A stretch of 58,025 bases of DNA from Gammaproteobacteria bacterium RIFCSPLOWO2_02_FULL_61_13. GTDB lineage: Bacteria > Pseudomonadota > Gammaproteobacteria > Eutrophobiales > Eutrophobiaceae. A program made the translations under genes and the position numbers. The DNA is taken from the NCBI GenBank assembly GCA_001801865.1, contig MGYT01000122.1, positions 2,050 to 60,074 of the forward strand, read 5' to 3'. The notes beneath the pieces were generated by a model, which worked only from the letters and a program-made list of their open reading frames with translations, searched no databases and was not told where the DNA came from. Of this stretch, positions 42,369 through 54,068 are shown piece after piece (the stretch's first letter is position 1; each line of letters starts with the position of its first letter).

Positions 42369-43161
42369 GGGATTCGAAAGTTACCAGCAGGACAAAGCTG
42401 CCGGCACCGATCGTGCGCTCAAGGATGCGGTCCGGGATGCGGTGGCGGGACTGGACAGCGGCAAGCTTCGCGTCGCCGAAAAAGTGAACGGCAACTGGAT
42501 TGTGCACCAATGGCTGAAGAAGGCGGTGCTCCTGCATTTCAGCCTGACCCCGAACCGCGTCATCCAGGGCGGCTTTACCAATTATTACGACAAGCTCACC
42601 GCCAAGTTTGCCGGTTTCGACAAAAGCGGCTTTGTTGATCACGGCGTGCGCGTGGTACCGCCGGCCGTGGCCCGCCATGGCAGCTTTATCGCGCCGGGCG
42701 TGGTGCTGATGCCCTGCTATGTGAATATCGGCGCCTATATCGACCGCGGCACCATGGTGGATACCTGGGCCACGGTCGGCTCCTGTGCGCAGATTGGAAA
42801 GAACGTGCACCTGTCCGGTGGCGTGGGCATCGGCGGCGTACTTGAGCCACTGCAGGCCAACCCGACCATCATCGAAGACAACTGCTTCATTGGCGCACGT
42901 TCCGAGATCGTCGAAGGCGTTATTGTCGGAGAAGGCGCCGTGATCTCCATGGGTGTGTACATCGGCCAGAGCACACGCATCTATGATCGCGCCACCAAAA
43001 AGATCCATTACGGCCATGTGCCGCCCGGATCGGTGGTGGTGTCGGGTAACCTGCCGGACGCCGACGGCAGCCACAGCCTTTACTGCGCGGTCATCGTCAA
43101 GCAGGTGGATGAAAAGACGCGCGCCAAAGTCGGCATCAACGAATTGCTGCGCGACATCTAG
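42343..43161 (+). CDS. dapD: 2,3,4,5-tetrahydropyridine-2,6-dicarboxylate N-succinyltransferase
   Basis: 272 aa from ATG 42343. Left-handed beta-helix hexapeptide repeats ([18 protein letters not shown]...[20 protein letters not shown]). Confidence 0.92.
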   Translation: MDLEEIINKGFESYQQDKAAGTDRALKDAVRDAVAGLDSGKLRVAEKVNGNWIVHQWLKKAVLLHFSLTPNRVIQGGFTNYYDKLTAKFAGFDKSGFVDHGVRVVPPAVARHGSFIAPGVVLMPCYVNIGAYIDRGTMVDTWATVGSCAQIGKNVHLSGGVGIGGVLEPLQANPTIIEDNCFIGARSEIVEGVIVGEGAVISMGVYIGQSTRIYDRATKKIHYGHVPPGSVVVSGNLPDADGSHSLYCAVIVKQVDEKTRAKVGINELLRDI

Positions 43162-43167
43162 CCCGGA

Positions 43168-43983
43168 TCAGGCGTCGAGAAAAATATCCCGCTCCAACGA
43201 CTCCCCGGGCGTGTACGCGTAGGAAGAGAAATCCACCACGCCTGCTTCACGCAGCACCCGCTCATCAATGAAAAATTTTCCGGTTACGCCGGCGCAGGCG
43301 GTCAGGATCCAGTATGCCGCTTCCGCCATGATGTCCGGATTGCGGCAATGCCGGATCAGGTCCTTTCCCAGGATGTTAGCGACCGCCGCGGTGGCGATGG
43401 TCGTCTGCGGCCAGAGCGAATTCACCGCCACCCGGCCCTTGAATTCCTCCGCCAGCCCCAGCGTGATCAGGCTCATGTTGTACTTGGCGATGGTGTAGGC
43501 GGTGTGTGGCCCGAACCAGCGCGGGCTGAAGTTGAGCGGCGGCGAGAGATTGAGGATATGCGGCGTTGCCGCCCGCAACAAGTATGGCAGGCAGGCCCGG
43601 CTCGTGAGCCAAGCCCCGCGATAATTTATCTGGTTCATCAGATCAAAGGTCTTGACCGATGTGTCCAGCGTCCCCGTAAGGCTGAGCGCGGAGGCATTAT
43701 TGATGCAGATATCAATGCCGCCGAACGCGCTGACGGTTTGCGCCACGGCCGCGTCAATCTGGTCAGCGAAGCGGATATCGCACTGGAGGGCCAGGGCTTC
43801 GCCGCCGGCCGCCCGGATTTCCTCTGCGGCAGAGTGAATTGTTCCCGGCAGCCTCGGGTGCGGTTCGCTGGTCTTGGCGACAATGGCAATGCGCGCCCCG
43901 TCGCGCGCAGCCCGCAATGCCATGGCCAGCCCGATTCCACGGCTGGCGCCGGTAATGAACAACACCTTATTTTTGAGCGTCAT
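43168..43983 (-). CDS. SDR-family oxidoreductase
   Basis: 271 aa. TGASRGIG cofactor motif, NNAS, and Y-x3-K (YTIAKY). Confidence 0.85.
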   Translation of the reverse strand: MTLKNKVLFITGASRGIGLAMALRAARDGARIAIVAKTSEPHPRLPGTIHSAAEEIRAAGGEALALQCDIRFADQIDAAVAQTVSAFGGIDICINNASALSLTGTLDTSVKTFDLMNQINYRGAWLTSRACLPYLLRAATPHILNLSPPLNFSPRWFGPHTAYTIAKYNMSLITLGLAEEFKGRVAVNSLWPQTTIATAAVANILGKDLIRHCRNPDIMAEAAYWILTACAGVTGKFFIDERVLREAGVVDFSSYAYTPGESLERDIFLDA

Positions 43984-44648
43984 TTCGGCATTCCTTCCAA
44001 CAGCAATGGCAATACCGCCTTAAGGTCCGGCGCACTGACAAACCGCTGCGCGCGTCGCCGGACCGGGGCGCGTTCCACCACACCGCCGAAACCGATGAAA
44101 TCGGCGCCGGCGTCCTGCATCTCCAGATCGGTGACACCGTCGCCGACAGCGGCGCATTTGCCGAAACGCTGAATGAGTTCAGTGCAGACGACACGCTTGC
44201 CGCCGGAACGGGCGAGCGGAGAGGCAATATCGAAACCCACATAGCGCCCGTCGGCGGCAAACTGCAACGCCACTGCGTGCACCTGGTCGGGACGCAGTCG
44301 CAGTGCCTCCGCGAGCATGGTCACCGCGGGCAGGAACCCGCCGCTTATGATGTGTGCTTCAATTCCCAGCTCACGCAAGGTGCTGATGGTTTCCCGGGCA
44401 CCGGGGACCAGTTCCTCGATATATCGGGTACCGAGCCGTTCCACCGACTGCCGGTCCGGGCGCAAACGATCCAGGCGCCGTGCATATACTTCTTCCAGCG
44501 CGACCCTGCCCTCCATGGCCGCGGTGGTCAGCGCGGCGATCTCCATTTCAAGTCCGTGCATGCGCGCCAGTTCATCCACACCCTCAATGCGTGTGAGGGT
44601 GCTGTCACAATCGAAGACCACCAGCCGATAGGGCGCGCCGGCCGTCAC
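43980..44648 (-). CDS. HAD-IB hydrolase, probable phosphoserine phosphatase
   Basis: 222 aa, GTG start. DxDxT motif VVFDCDSTL and GDGVTD motif IV. 4-nt overlap with serA upstream. Confidence 0.7.
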   Translation of the reverse strand: MTAGAPYRLVVFDCDSTLTRIEGVDELARMHGLEMEIAALTTAAMEGRVALEEVYARRLDRLRPDRQSVERLGTRYIEELVPGARETISTLRELGIEAHIISGGFLPAVTMLAEALRLRPDQVHAVALQFAADGRYVGFDIASPLARSGGKRVVCTELIQRFGKCAAVGDGVTDLEMQDAGADFIGFGGVVERAPVRRRAQRFVSAPDLKAVLPLLLEGMPK

Positions 44649-46225
44649 AGACTGACTTGCGTTACCCGGGTCACCGCAGGAATTCGGGCAATGGCATCCA
44701 GCAAAGCCTGCTGCAAGGGCGTGGAAATACCGATGACGGCGACGGCAAGGTCGCTGCCAGACACGATGCCGAGTTGCATCCTGGAGATGTTAATCTTCTC
44801 CGCGGCCAGCAAGGTGCTGATGGCGGCGATCATGCCGGGCTGGTCACGATGCCGGGTCAGCAAAAGATTACCCTCCAGCACTGCTTCAATTTCATAATCA
44901 CCGACACGGATCAGGCGCGGGTGTTTTCGTTCCAGCAAGGTCCCCTCCACCACGGTGGTCTCGTCACCATGCCGGGCCTGGACCACGATACTGGCGTGGT
45001 AATCGGCGTGCTCGCCGCAACGGGCCTCGACAATGGCAATGCCATGCTGCGCGGCAAAGTGGCGCGCGTTGACGCGATTGGCATCGGCCACGTTGCCGCT
45101 GAGGAGGCCGATCAACGCCTCCGTGGTGATGGAGCGCAAATCCCGGGACGCGGCATCCCCATACAGTGAAACCTCCACCTGGCTGATGGGCGCGCTGACC
45201 ATGGCCGCAACCAGTTTGCCCAGCCGCAGCGCCAGCGTCAGGTACGGGCGCAGTTTGACCCGTTCCTCGGCGGATACCGCGGGCAGGTTGATGGCGTTGA
45301 TCGGCTCGCCATCCTGGAGGTAGGCCGCGACCTGACGTGCGATCTCCCGGCCGGCGGCCTCCTGCGCCTCGTGGGTGGAGGCCCCCAGGTGGGGCGTGGC
45401 GACCACGTTATCCAGTTTCAGCAATGGCGAATCTCCGGGCGGCTCCTGCTCGAACACGTCCAATGCCGCACCGCCCAGGTGTCCGGAGGCCAGCAGCTCA
45501 TGCAATGCCTGCTCGTCCACCAGTCCGCCCCGCGCGCAATTGATAATCCGCGCCCCACGCTTCATGGAACGCAATCGCTCGCCATTCAGCAGCCCACGTG
45601 TCTTGTTGTTCATGGGGCAATGGAGCGTCAGGTAGTCCGCCGCCGCGATCAGCGCATCCAGATCCATGCACTCGATGCCGTCCGCCTCGAATACCTGCGG
45701 CGTCACGAACGGATCGTGCACGATGACGCGCATACGGAGCGCACGGGCCATGCCCGCCACGATGCGGCCAATGGTGCCATACCCGACAATCCCCAGCGTC
45801 TTGCTGGCGAGTTCCGCACCTGTGAACTGGGAGCGCTTCCATTCACCGGCGCGCAGGGATCGATCCGCCTGGGGGAGACTGCGGCTCAAAGAAAGGATAT
45901 GGGCCAATGTCAGCTCCGCGGTGGTGGTGGCATTGGCATCCGGCGTGTTCAACACCACGATGCCGCGTTCCGTGGCACGGCCTACGTCAATGTTGTCCAC
46001 GCCGATGCCGGCGCGGCCGATGACCTGCAATGCCCGTGCCGCATCCAGCGCAGCGCGGGTGATGGTCGTGGCGCTGCGGACGATAACGGCGTGGGCATCG
46101 GCTATGAGCCGGCACAATTCGGGCTCAGCCAGCCCGTTGTGGCACTCCACCTGCAGCCCGGGCTGCCCGCGCAGGAACTCGATTCCGCTCGCGGCGATCT
46201 TGTCGGCTACCAATACTTTTCTCAC
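44645..46225 (-). CDS. serA: D-3-phosphoglycerate dehydrogenase (long form with ASB and ACT domains)
   Basis: 526 aa. NAD motif GIVGYGTIGR, catalytic Arg/His/Glu blocks, C-terminal ACT region. Confidence 0.92.
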   Translation of the reverse strand: MRKVLVADKIAASGIEFLRGQPGLQVECHNGLAEPELCRLIADAHAVIVRSATTITRAALDAARALQVIGRAGIGVDNIDVGRATERGIVVLNTPDANATTTAELTLAHILSLSRSLPQADRSLRAGEWKRSQFTGAELASKTLGIVGYGTIGRIVAGMARALRMRVIVHDPFVTPQVFEADGIECMDLDALIAAADYLTLHCPMNNKTRGLLNGERLRSMKRGARIINCARGGLVDEQALHELLASGHLGGAALDVFEQEPPGDSPLLKLDNVVATPHLGASTHEAQEAAGREIARQVAAYLQDGEPINAINLPAVSAEERVKLRPYLTLALRLGKLVAAMVSAPISQVEVSLYGDAASRDLRSITTEALIGLLSGNVADANRVNARHFAAQHGIAIVEARCGEHADYHASIVVQARHGDETTVVEGTLLERKHPRLIRVGDYEIEAVLEGNLLLTRHRDQPGMIAAISTLLAAEKINISRMQLGIVSGSDLAVAVIGISTPLQQALLDAIARIPAVTRVTQVSL

Positions 46226-46236
46226 GTCAGCTGTCC

Positions 46237-47586
46237 TTATTGTTGTGTTTTGGAAACTAGTGCACTCATCTGCGCGGCCACTTCATCGGCCAGCCGTTCC
46301 ACCAGGCTGCGGTCCTCGCCCTCCACCATGACCCGCAACAGGGGCTCGGTACCGGACGGGCGGACGAGGATGCGGCCCCGGTCCCCCAACTGCCGCTCCA
46401 CTGCGCAAACCAGCGCGTCAATCTGCGCCTGCTGCACGGCGTCGCTGCGCTGCTGCATGGCCACATTCACCAGCTTTTGCGGGAACTTGTTCATCCCGGC
46501 CAGCAATGCGCGCAGCCCCTGGCCCGACTTGCGCATCGCGCCCAATACCTGCAGCGCGGAGATGATGCCGTCTCCGGTCAGCGCCAGGTTGAGATTGATG
46601 ATATGTCCCGAACCTTCACCTCCCAGGCACAGCTGCCTTTGCTGCAACATCTCCAGGACATAGCGGTCACCAACGCGCGCGCGGTGCAACACAAGCCCGA
46701 GTTTCTGCAGCGCCCGCTCCAGTCCCAGGTTGCTCATTTGCGTACCCACGACGGCGCCGTTCAGGGCCCGCGGGTTGGCGGCGGCAATGACGTATAGGGT
46801 CTCGTCGCCATCTACAATCTCACCGCCGGCATCCACGAGAATGAGCCGATCGCCGTCACCGTCCAGCGCGATGCCCAGATCGGCGCGCGTTTCCAGCACC
46901 TTCCGGCGCAGGCCGTCCGGCGCCGTGGCGCCGCAGCCGGCATTGATGTTCAGTCCGTCGGGGTGCACCGCAATGCATTCCACCGTGGCGCCCAGCTCCT
47001 CGAACACGCGCGGGGCGACCTGGTACGCGGCACCATGGGCGCAATCCACCACCAGCCGCAGCCCGGAAAAGTCCAAATCCGGATCGACGCTGCTTTTACA
47101 GAATTCGATGTATCGCCGCTGCGCATCGTCCATGCGCCGGGCCTTGCCCAACTCTGCCGGCGCCACCGTGGTCAGCGGCTGTTCCAACTCCGCTTCGATG
47201 GCCAGTTCCAGGTCATCGTCGAGCTTCGTGCCGTGGCTGCTGAAGAATTTGATACCGTTGTCTTCAAAGGAATTGTGCGACGCACTGATGACAATGCCGG
47301 CATCGGCGCGCAGGTTGTGAGTCAGGTAGGCGATGCCCGGTGTCGGCATCGGGCCGAGCAGAATGATGTCAACACCGGCGGCGGAGAGCCCGGCCTCAAG
47401 CGCGGACTCAAACATGTAGCCGGAGATGCGCGTGTCCTTGCCGATCAGGACCCTGCCCTTGCCGCCGTGCACCAGCACGCGCCCGGCGGCCCAACCGAGC
47501 TTCATGACAAAGTCCGGGGTAATTGGATATTCCCCGACCCGACCGCGAATGCCGTCGGTTCCGAAATACTTACGGGCGGAAGTCAA
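46237..47586 (-). CDS. glmM: Phosphoglucosamine mutase
   Basis: 449 aa. YFGTDGIRG N-terminus and phosphoserine loop ISASHNSFEDNGIKF. Confidence 0.95.
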   Translation of the reverse strand: MTSARKYFGTDGIRGRVGEYPITPDFVMKLGWAAGRVLVHGGKGRVLIGKDTRISGYMFESALEAGLSAAGVDIILLGPMPTPGIAYLTHNLRADAGIVISASHNSFEDNGIKFFSSHGTKLDDDLELAIEAELEQPLTTVAPAELGKARRMDDAQRRYIEFCKSSVDPDLDFSGLRLVVDCAHGAAYQVAPRVFEELGATVECIAVHPDGLNINAGCGATAPDGLRRKVLETRADLGIALDGDGDRLILVDAGGEIVDGDETLYVIAAANPRALNGAVVGTQMSNLGLERALQKLGLVLHRARVGDRYVLEMLQQRQLCLGGEGSGHIINLNLALTGDGIISALQVLGAMRKSGQGLRALLAGMNKFPQKLVNVAMQQRSDAVQQAQIDALVCAVERQLGDRGRILVRPSGTEPLLRVMVEGEDRSLVERLADEVAAQMSALVSKTQQ

Positions 47587-47642
47587 GATTTACGACCTTG
47601 GGGACGATCTGCAGCAGCGGGCTGAAAGGGACTTCGAACATG

Positions 47643-47735
47643 GAAGGTAGAATGTAGAAGGTAGAATATAGGGAAAGGCGATCACCGTGTCTTGAATACT
47701 GCGATGTTTTCCCCAACCTTCTACATTCTACCTTC
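47643..47735. repeat. AT-rich inverted repeat: 20-bp perfect arms (GAAGGTAGAATGTAGAAGGT / ACCTTCTACATTCTACCTTC) separated by 53 nt
   Basis: Read directly: arms 47643-47662 and 47716-47735. Arms themselves contain GGTAGAA direct sub-repeats. Lies in the ftsH-glmM gap. Confidence 0.65.
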
Positions 47736-47775
47736 TACCTACTAAATTCCGTTCTCACGCCAGCTGCGATTGCCA

Positions 47776-49719
47776 TCACGCAGACGTTGCCGGCCCGCTT
47801 ACCGGCGGTTCGTCAGCGCCACGCTGCCCGGAAGCCTTGTCATTCTTGCCGGCGGGGGGAGACTGCCGCGCGGCCCCGTCGCCTGCATCCCAATCTGCAG
47901 GCGGGCGCGGCTTGCGTCCGGCCATGATGTCGTCCAACTGCGCCGAATCAAGTGTCTCGTACAGAATCAACGCGTCCGCCATGCAGTGCAACTTGTCGAG
48001 ATTGTCCTTGAGGATGGTTTCCGCGCGCTGGTAATTACGATCAATCACCGCGCGGATTTCCTTGTCTATGGCATTGGCGGTATCGTCGGATATCGCTTTG
48101 TGCTTGGTCACCGAGTGCCCGAGGAACACCTCGCCATCCTCTTCAGCGTAGGTCAGCGGACCGAGTTGATCCGACAGGCCCCATTTGGTGACCATGTTGC
48201 GCGCCAGGTCCGTGGCGCGATGAATATCGTTGGATGCCCCCGTGGTCACCGAGTCCGGCCCGAACACCAGGGCCTCCGCGATGCGACCGCCAAACAGGCT
48301 GCAGATCTGACTTTCGATAAAGGTCTTGCTGAAACTGAGCCGATCCTGTTCCGGCAGGAACATCGTCAAGCCGAGGGCGCGGCCGCGCGGGATGATGGTG
48401 ACCTTGTAGACCGGATCATGATTCGGCATGGACCGGCCCACGATGGCATGCCCCGCCTCATGATAGGCAGTAAGTTTCTTCTCCTGGTCGCTCATGACCA
48501 TGGAACGCCGTTCGGCGCCCATCATGACCTTGTCCTTGGCCCGCTCCAGATCGTCCATGTCCACCAGCTTCTTGTTACCGCGGGCAGCCAGCAACGCGGC
48601 TTCGTTCACCAGGTTGGCCAGATCCGCGCCGGAAAATCCCGGCGTGCCACGCGCGATGACGCTGGGAACCACCTTGTCGCCGAGCGCCACCTTGCGCAGG
48701 TGCACCTTGAGAATCTGTTCGCGTCCGCGGATATCCGGCAACGGCACCACGACCTGCCGGTCGAAACGGCCGGGGCGCAGCAATGCCGGGTCCAGCACAT
48801 CCGGCCGGTTCGTGGCGGCAATTACAATCACACCCTCATTGCCGTCAAAACCATCCATCTCCACGAGCAACTGGTTCAGGGTCTGTTCGCGCTCGTCATG
48901 TCCGCCGCCCAGGCCCGCGCCGCGATGACGTCCGACCGCGTCGATCTCATCAATGAAGATGATGCACGGCGCATGCTTCTTCGCCTGTTCAAACATGTCA
49001 CGCACGCGCGAGGCGCCGACGCCGACAAACATTTCCACAAAATCCGAGCCGGAGATGGTGTAGAACGGCACCTTGGCCTCGCCGGCAATGGCCTTGGCCA
49101 GCAGCGTCTTGCCGGTTCCCGGCGAACCCACCATCAATACGCCCGAGGGGATCTTGCCGCCCAGCTTCTGGAACTTGCCCGGGTCACGCAGGAATTCCAC
49201 CAGTTCCGCAACCTCCTCCTTGGCCTCCTCCACGCCCGCCACATCATTGAAGGTGATCTTGACCTGATCTTCGCCCAGCAGGCGCGCCCGACTCTTGCCG
49301 AACGACAAGGCACCGCGGCCGCTGCCGCCGCCCTGCATCTGGCGCATGAAGTAGACCCAAATCCCGAGCAACAGGAGTATCGGGAACCAGGAGATGAGTG
49401 CATGAGCCCAGAAGGAATTCCGGTTCGGCTCCGCACCGCCGATCTCGACGTTGTTGTCGAGCAACGTGCCGATGAGCGCCTCGTTGCTGGTCTCCGGGCT
49501 ATAGGTATTGAAACGGCCGCCCTCGCGCAACTGGCCGGAGATGCTGTTGCCCTCAATGACCACGGTCTCGACCTTCCCGGATTTGACGTCATTGATGAAC
49601 TGGGAATAGGGCACGTTGCCGGCCGCCGCGGAGGTGCCGAAGTTCTTGAATACCATCATCAGCACCAGCGCAATGATGACCCAGAGCACCAGATTTTTAG
49701 CCATGTCGTTCAAATGCAC
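47776..49719 (-). CDS. ftsH: ATP-dependent zinc metalloprotease FtsH
   Basis: 647 aa. Two N-terminal TM segments, Walker [22 protein letters not shown], Zn motif HEAGHA. Confidence 0.97.
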   Translation of the reverse strand: MHLNDMAKNLVLWVIIALVLMMVFKNFGTSAAAGNVPYSQFINDVKSGKVETVVIEGNSISGQLREGGRFNTYSPETSNEALIGTLLDNNVEIGGAEPNRNSFWAHALISWFPILLLLGIWVYFMRQMQGGGSGRGALSFGKSRARLLGEDQVKITFNDVAGVEEAKEEVAELVEFLRDPGKFQKLGGKIPSGVLMVGSPGTGKTLLAKAIAGEAKVPFYTISGSDFVEMFVGVGASRVRDMFEQAKKHAPCIIFIDEIDAVGRHRGAGLGGGHDEREQTLNQLLVEMDGFDGNEGVIVIAATNRPDVLDPALLRPGRFDRQVVVPLPDIRGREQILKVHLRKVALGDKVVPSVIARGTPGFSGADLANLVNEAALLAARGNKKLVDMDDLERAKDKVMMGAERRSMVMSDQEKKLTAYHEAGHAIVGRSMPNHDPVYKVTIIPRGRALGLTMFLPEQDRLSFSKTFIESQICSLFGGRIAEALVFGPDSVTTGASNDIHRATDLARNMVTKWGLSDQLGPLTYAEEDGEVFLGHSVTKHKAISDDTANAIDKEIRAVIDRNYQRAETILKDNLDKLHCMADALILYETLDSAQLDDIMAGRKPRPPADWDAGDGAARQSPPAGKNDKASGQRGADEPPVSGPATSA

Positions 49720-49755
49720 TGTCTCCTGAAATCATTCTTGAGTGGCCTTAAGAAA

Positions 49756-50370
49756 CTATACCTTATAGCCCCGGGCCAGCACATAAAACTCCCGCGACGC
49801 ACCCCGCGACGCCTTGGGTTTTCTGGCCATAACCCGCTGAAATCGCTGCACAAGTTTGCGCCGGTATTCCTCCATGTCGGCGCCCTCAAACACCTTGATC
49901 AACAGATTTCCGTTCGCTGCCAGAGTTAGACAGGCAAACTCCAGCACCCGTTCCGCCAGCTGCATGCTGCGCGCCTGATCCGTGACGCGGATACCGGTTA
50001 GATTGGGCGACAAATCGGAAATAACAAGGTCGGCGCGCGCCCCAGCCAGGGCGTCGACACAACGCCGGAAAACCGCATCATTGGTGAAATCCCCTTGAAT
50101 GAACTGGACATTGCGGATCGGTTCCATCGGCAGCATATCCACCGCGATTACCTTGCCTGAAGGACCCACCCGTTGTGCCGCATACTGGGACCAGCTGCCC
50201 GGGGCGGCGCCCAGATCCACGACCGTCTGTCCGGGCTTGAGCAGTTTGTCCTTTTCGTTCAGTTCCTGAAGCTTGAAGGTGGCGCGTGAGCGGTAATCGG
50301 AACGCCGTGCCTGCTTCACATAGGGGTCGCGCTCGTGCTCCTTGCGTCGCTGCTTGCTGCCCGTCGACAT
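49756..50370 (-). CDS. rlmE: 23S rRNA (uridine2552-2'-O)-methyltransferase
   Basis: 204 aa. YRSRATFKLQEL and VVDLGAAPGSWSQ blocks. rlmE-ftsH synteny. Confidence 0.93.
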   Translation of the reverse strand: MSTGSKQRRKEHERDPYVKQARRSDYRSRATFKLQELNEKDKLLKPGQTVVDLGAAPGSWSQYAAQRVGPSGKVIAVDMLPMEPIRNVQFIQGDFTNDAVFRRCVDALAGARADLVISDLSPNLTGIRVTDQARSMQLAERVLEFACLTLAANGNLLIKVFEGADMEEYRRKLVQRFQRVMARKPKASRGASREFYVLARGYKV

Positions 50371-50373
50371 GCG

Positions 50374-50850
50374 CTACTGGTAACGCACGGAGACAATTTC
50401 GTATTCGGTCATCCCACCCGGCGCATTGACGTTCGCCACTTCACCCTCTTCCTTGCCGATCAGGGCGCGGGCAATGGGTGACGTGATCGAAATCAGCGCC
50501 AGATTTATGTCCGCCTCCTCCTCGCCGACGATCTGGTAGGTCACCGTCTTTTTCGTGGTCAGATTCAGCAGTTCCACCGTCGCCCCGAACACAACCTTGG
50601 GCGCGGCCTTGATACCGGCGACATCAATAATCTGGGCATCGGCCAGCACCGATTCCAGCACGCCAATGCGCCCCTCGACGAAACTCTGCTGTTCGCGGGC
50701 GGCGTGGTACTCGGCATTTTCGCTCAGGTCGCCGTGGGCGCGTGCCTCGGCAATGGCCTGGATAATCTGCGGGCGGCGCACGGATTTCAGCTCGGCAAGC
50801 AACAAGCGCAGGCGTTCTGCGCCGTTGGCGGTCAATGGCGACTTGGGCAT
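50374..50850 (-). CDS. greA: Transcription elongation factor GreA
   Basis: 158 aa from ATG 50850 ([15 protein letters not shown]...). Start overlaps the carB stop (TAATG). Conserved [12 protein letters not shown] and C-terminal FKBP-like domain. Confidence 0.93.
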   Translation of the reverse strand: MPKSPLTANGAERLRLLLAELKSVRRPQIIQAIAEARAHGDLSENAEYHAAREQQSFVEGRIGVLESVLADAQIIDVAGIKAAPKVVFGATVELLNLTTKKTVTYQIVGEEEADINLALISITSPIARALIGKEEGEVANVNAPGGMTEYEIVSVRYQ

Positions 50851-53800
50851 TACTTCACTCCGGCGTGCAGGGTTTGCAGACAATTTACCTGATCTTCATC
50901 CAGAAATTTCAGTGCGTTTACGGTCGCGCGCGCCCCGGACATGGTGGTCATGTGAAATACCCGGTGTTGCAGCGCCGTACGCCGGATGGAATAGGAATCC
51001 AGTATCGCCTGTTTTCCCTCGGTGGTATTGATGATCAGGCTGACCTCGTCGCTCTTCAGCATGTCGACAATATGTGGCTGCCCCTCGCGCACCTTGTTGA
51101 CGCCGCGGCATTGCAACCCGGCACCGCGCAGGGTCCCGGCAGTGCCGTGGGTTGCGCACAGGGTGAAACCGTGCGCGGCAAGATCCCGCGCCACGTTGAC
51201 GGCCTGCTGCTTGTCCGCGTCGCGCACGCTGATGAACACCATTCCACCGCGGGGGATCTCCGCACCGCAGGCAAACTGGGATTTGGCGAAGGCCTCGCCA
51301 AAGGTCTTGCCGATGCCCATCACCTCGCCGGTGGATTTCATCTCCGGGCCCAGCAGTGGATCCACGCCCTGCAATTTTATGAACGGGAACACGGCCTCCT
51401 TCACCGAAAAATAGGTGGGCACGGGGACGGCGTGGACGTTCTGCTCATCCAGAGTCACGCCCACCATGCACTTGGCGGCGACACCGGCCAGGGACACGCC
51501 GGTGGCCTTGGACACAAAGGGCACCGTGCGCGAAGCGCGGGGATTCACTTCCAGCACATAAATGTCCCCGTTCTGGATGGCAAACTGGGTATTCATCAGG
51601 CCGATGACCCCCAACCCTTCCGACATGCGCCGCACCTGGCGCGCCAGTTCCTCCTGCACGCCTGGGGTCAGGCTGTGCGGCGGCAGTGAACAGGCCGAGT
51701 CGCCCGAGTGCACGCCCGCCTCCTCGATATGTTCCATGATGCCGCCAATTACTACACGTTTCCCGTCGCTCAGGGAATCCACATCAACTTCAATGGCGTC
51801 ATTCAGGAAGCGATCGAGCAACACCGGTGATTCATTGGACACGGCCACAGCCGCGGCCATGTAATTGCGCAGGTCGGTTTCATTATGCACGACCTCCATG
51901 GCGCGCCCGCCGAGCACATAGGACGGCCGCACCACCAGTGGGTAGCCAATCTCCTGCGCCAGCCGTGGCGCGTCCTCGCTGTTCCGGACCGTGCGATTGG
52001 GCGGCTGGCGCAAGCCGAGCTGGATTATCAACTGCTGGAAGCGCTCGCGATCCTCGGCGCGGTCAATGGAGTCCGGCGTGGTGCCGATGATGGGCGCCCC
52101 GGCGCGCTCCAGTTCCCGCGCCAGTTTCAGCGGCGTCTGCCCGCCGTACTGCACGATGACACCGAACGGCTTTTCCAGGTGGATGATCTCGAGCACGTCT
52201 TCCAGGGTCAACGGCTCGAAGTACAGGCGGTCCGAGGTGTCGTAATCGGTGGACACCGTTTCCGGGTTGCAATTGATCATGATGCTCTCGTAACCCAACT
52301 CGCGCATGGCAAACGCGGCCTGCACGCAGCAATAATCAAATTCGATGCCCTGGCCGATACGATTGGGCCCGCCGCCCAGAACGATGACCTTTTTGCGCGT
52401 CGTCGGCGCCGCTTCGCATTCCTCCTCGTAGGTGGAATACATGTAGGCCGTGGTGGCAGCAAACTCGGCGGCGCAGGAATCCACCCGCTTGTATACCGGC
52501 CGGATGCCGTATTGGTGCCGCCGCAGGCGCACGGCTTCCTCGCGGCAACCCAGCAACGTGGCAAGGCGGCTGTCGGAAAATCCCTTGCGTTTCAGTTCCC
52601 GCAGACGCTCCGGCGCCAGATCGTCTATCGCGTGCCCCCGCAGCCGGGTTTCCTCCTGCACCAGGTCCTCAATCTGCGCCAGGAACCAGGCATCAATGTG
52701 CGAATGCTCGTTCACTTCCGCCAGCGACATGCCATGGCGGAAGGCATCCGCCACATACAGCAGGCGTTCGCCCGTGGGTACGCGCAATTCATGCCGGATG
52801 CGATCCAATGCCTCGGCGCTGTCACCTCCGGCACGTTCATTCAATCCGTCGATGCCGGTTTCCAGTCCACGCAGGGCTTTTTGCAGTGACTCCTGGAAGG
52901 TGCGGCCGATGGCCATGACCTCGCCGACGGATTTCATCTGCGTCGTGAGCCGGGGATCGGCCTGGGGAAACTTTTCAAATGTGAAGCGCGGGATCTTGGT
53001 GACCACGTAATCAATGGTCGGTTCAAACGAGGCCGGCGTGGCGCCGCCGGTGATTTCATTTTCCAGTTCGTCCAGGGTGAACCCCACCGCCAGTTTGGCC
53101 GCCACCTTGGCAATGGGGAAACCGGTGGCCTTGGAGGCCAGCGCCGAAGACCGGGATACGCGCGGGTTCATCTCAATAATAATGAGTTCACCATTGGCGG
53201 GATTGACCGCGAACTGCACGTTGGAGCCGCCGGTCTCCACGCCGATCTCGCGCAACACTGCGATGGAGGCATCGCGCATGATCTGGTATTCCTTGTCAGT
53301 CAGTGTTTGCGCCGGTGCGACGGTGATGGAATCGCCGGTATGCACGCCCATGGGATCGAGATTTTCGATGGAACAAATGATGATGCAGTTGTCCTTCTTG
53401 TCCCGCACCACCTCCATCTCGAACTCTTTCCAGCCGATGACCGATTGCTCCAGCAATACCTGTTTGGTCGGCGATGCGTCCAGGCCGCGCTCACAGATTT
53501 CGAGAAACTCCTCGGTGTTGTAGGCGATGCCGCCGCCGGTGCCGCCGAGCGTGAATGAGGGCCGGATGATGATCGGGAAACCAATCTCGGCCTGGATCTC
53601 CCGGGCTTCCTCCAGCGAATGCGCCAGGCCGGAGTACGGCATGGCCAGGCCGATGCGGCGCATGGCGTCGCGAAACTTCTCCCGATCCTCGGCCTTGTCG
53701 ATGGCCTCCCGGCTTGCGCCGATGAGTTCAACCTTGAACTCCTCCAGTACGCCCATGCGCGCCAGGTCCAGCGCGCAGTTGAGCGCCGTCTGCCCACCCA

Positions 53801-54068
53801 TGGTCGGCAGCAACGCGTCCGGTCGTTCCTTCTCGATGATCTTGGCCACGGTCTGCCAGCGGATGGGTTCTATGTAGGTCGCATCCGCCATGCCCGGGTC
53901 GGTCATGATCGTGGCCGGGTTGGAATTGATCAGGATCACCCGGTAGCCCTCGTCGCGCAGCGCCTTGCAGGCCTGGGCCCCGGAATAATCGAACTCACAC
54001 GCCTGGCCGATGATGATCGGGCCGGCGCCGATGATGAGGATGGACTGGATGTCAGTGCGTTTAGGCAT
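50850..54068 (-). CDS. carB: Carbamoyl-phosphate synthase large subunit
   Basis: 1072 aa. [30 protein letters not shown] and duplicated ATP-grasp halves. Confidence 0.97.
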   Translation of the reverse strand: MPKRTDIQSILIIGAGPIIIGQACEFDYSGAQACKALRDEGYRVILINSNPATIMTDPGMADATYIEPIRWQTVAKIIEKERPDALLPTMGGQTALNCALDLARMGVLEEFKVELIGASREAIDKAEDREKFRDAMRRIGLAMPYSGLAHSLEEAREIQAEIGFPIIIRPSFTLGGTGGGIAYNTEEFLEICERGLDASPTKQVLLEQSVIGWKEFEMEVVRDKKDNCIIICSIENLDPMGVHTGDSITVAPAQTLTDKEYQIMRDASIAVLREIGVETGGSNVQFAVNPANGELIIIEMNPRVSRSSALASKATGFPIAKVAAKLAVGFTLDELENEITGGATPASFEPTIDYVVTKIPRFTFEKFPQADPRLTTQMKSVGEVMAIGRTFQESLQKALRGLETGIDGLNERAGGDSAEALDRIRHELRVPTGERLLYVADAFRHGMSLAEVNEHSHIDAWFLAQIEDLVQEETRLRGHAIDDLAPERLRELKRKGFSDSRLATLLGCREEAVRLRRHQYGIRPVYKRVDSCAAEFAATTAYMYSTYEEECEAAPTTRKKVIVLGGGPNRIGQGIEFDYCCVQAAFAMRELGYESIMINCNPETVSTDYDTSDRLYFEPLTLEDVLEIIHLEKPFGVIVQYGGQTPLKLARELERAGAPIIGTTPDSIDRAEDRERFQQLIIQLGLRQPPNRTVRNSEDAPRLAQEIGYPLVVRPSYVLGGRAMEVVHNETDLRNYMAAAVAVSNESPVLLDRFLNDAIEVDVDSLSDGKRVVIGGIMEHIEEAGVHSGDSACSLPPHSLTPGVQEELARQVRRMSEGLGVIGLMNTQFAIQNGDIYVLEVNPRASRTVPFVSKATGVSLAGVAAKCMVGVTLDEQNVHAVPVPTYFSVKEAVFPFIKLQGVDPLLGPEMKSTGEVMGIGKTFGEAFAKSQFACGAEIPRGGMVFISVRDADKQQAVNVARDLAAHGFTLCATHGTAGTLRGAGLQCRGVNKVREGQPHIVDMLKSDEVSLIINTTEGKQAILDSYSIRRTALQHRVFHMTTMSGARATVNALKFLDEDQVNCLQTLHAGVK

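Noticed and set aside
47770-49929. 719-codon ORF on the plus strand
   Set aside because: It is antisense to ftsH and the 3' end of rlmE, both unambiguous. There is no recognisable domain and the composition is Arg/His/Gly-rich.
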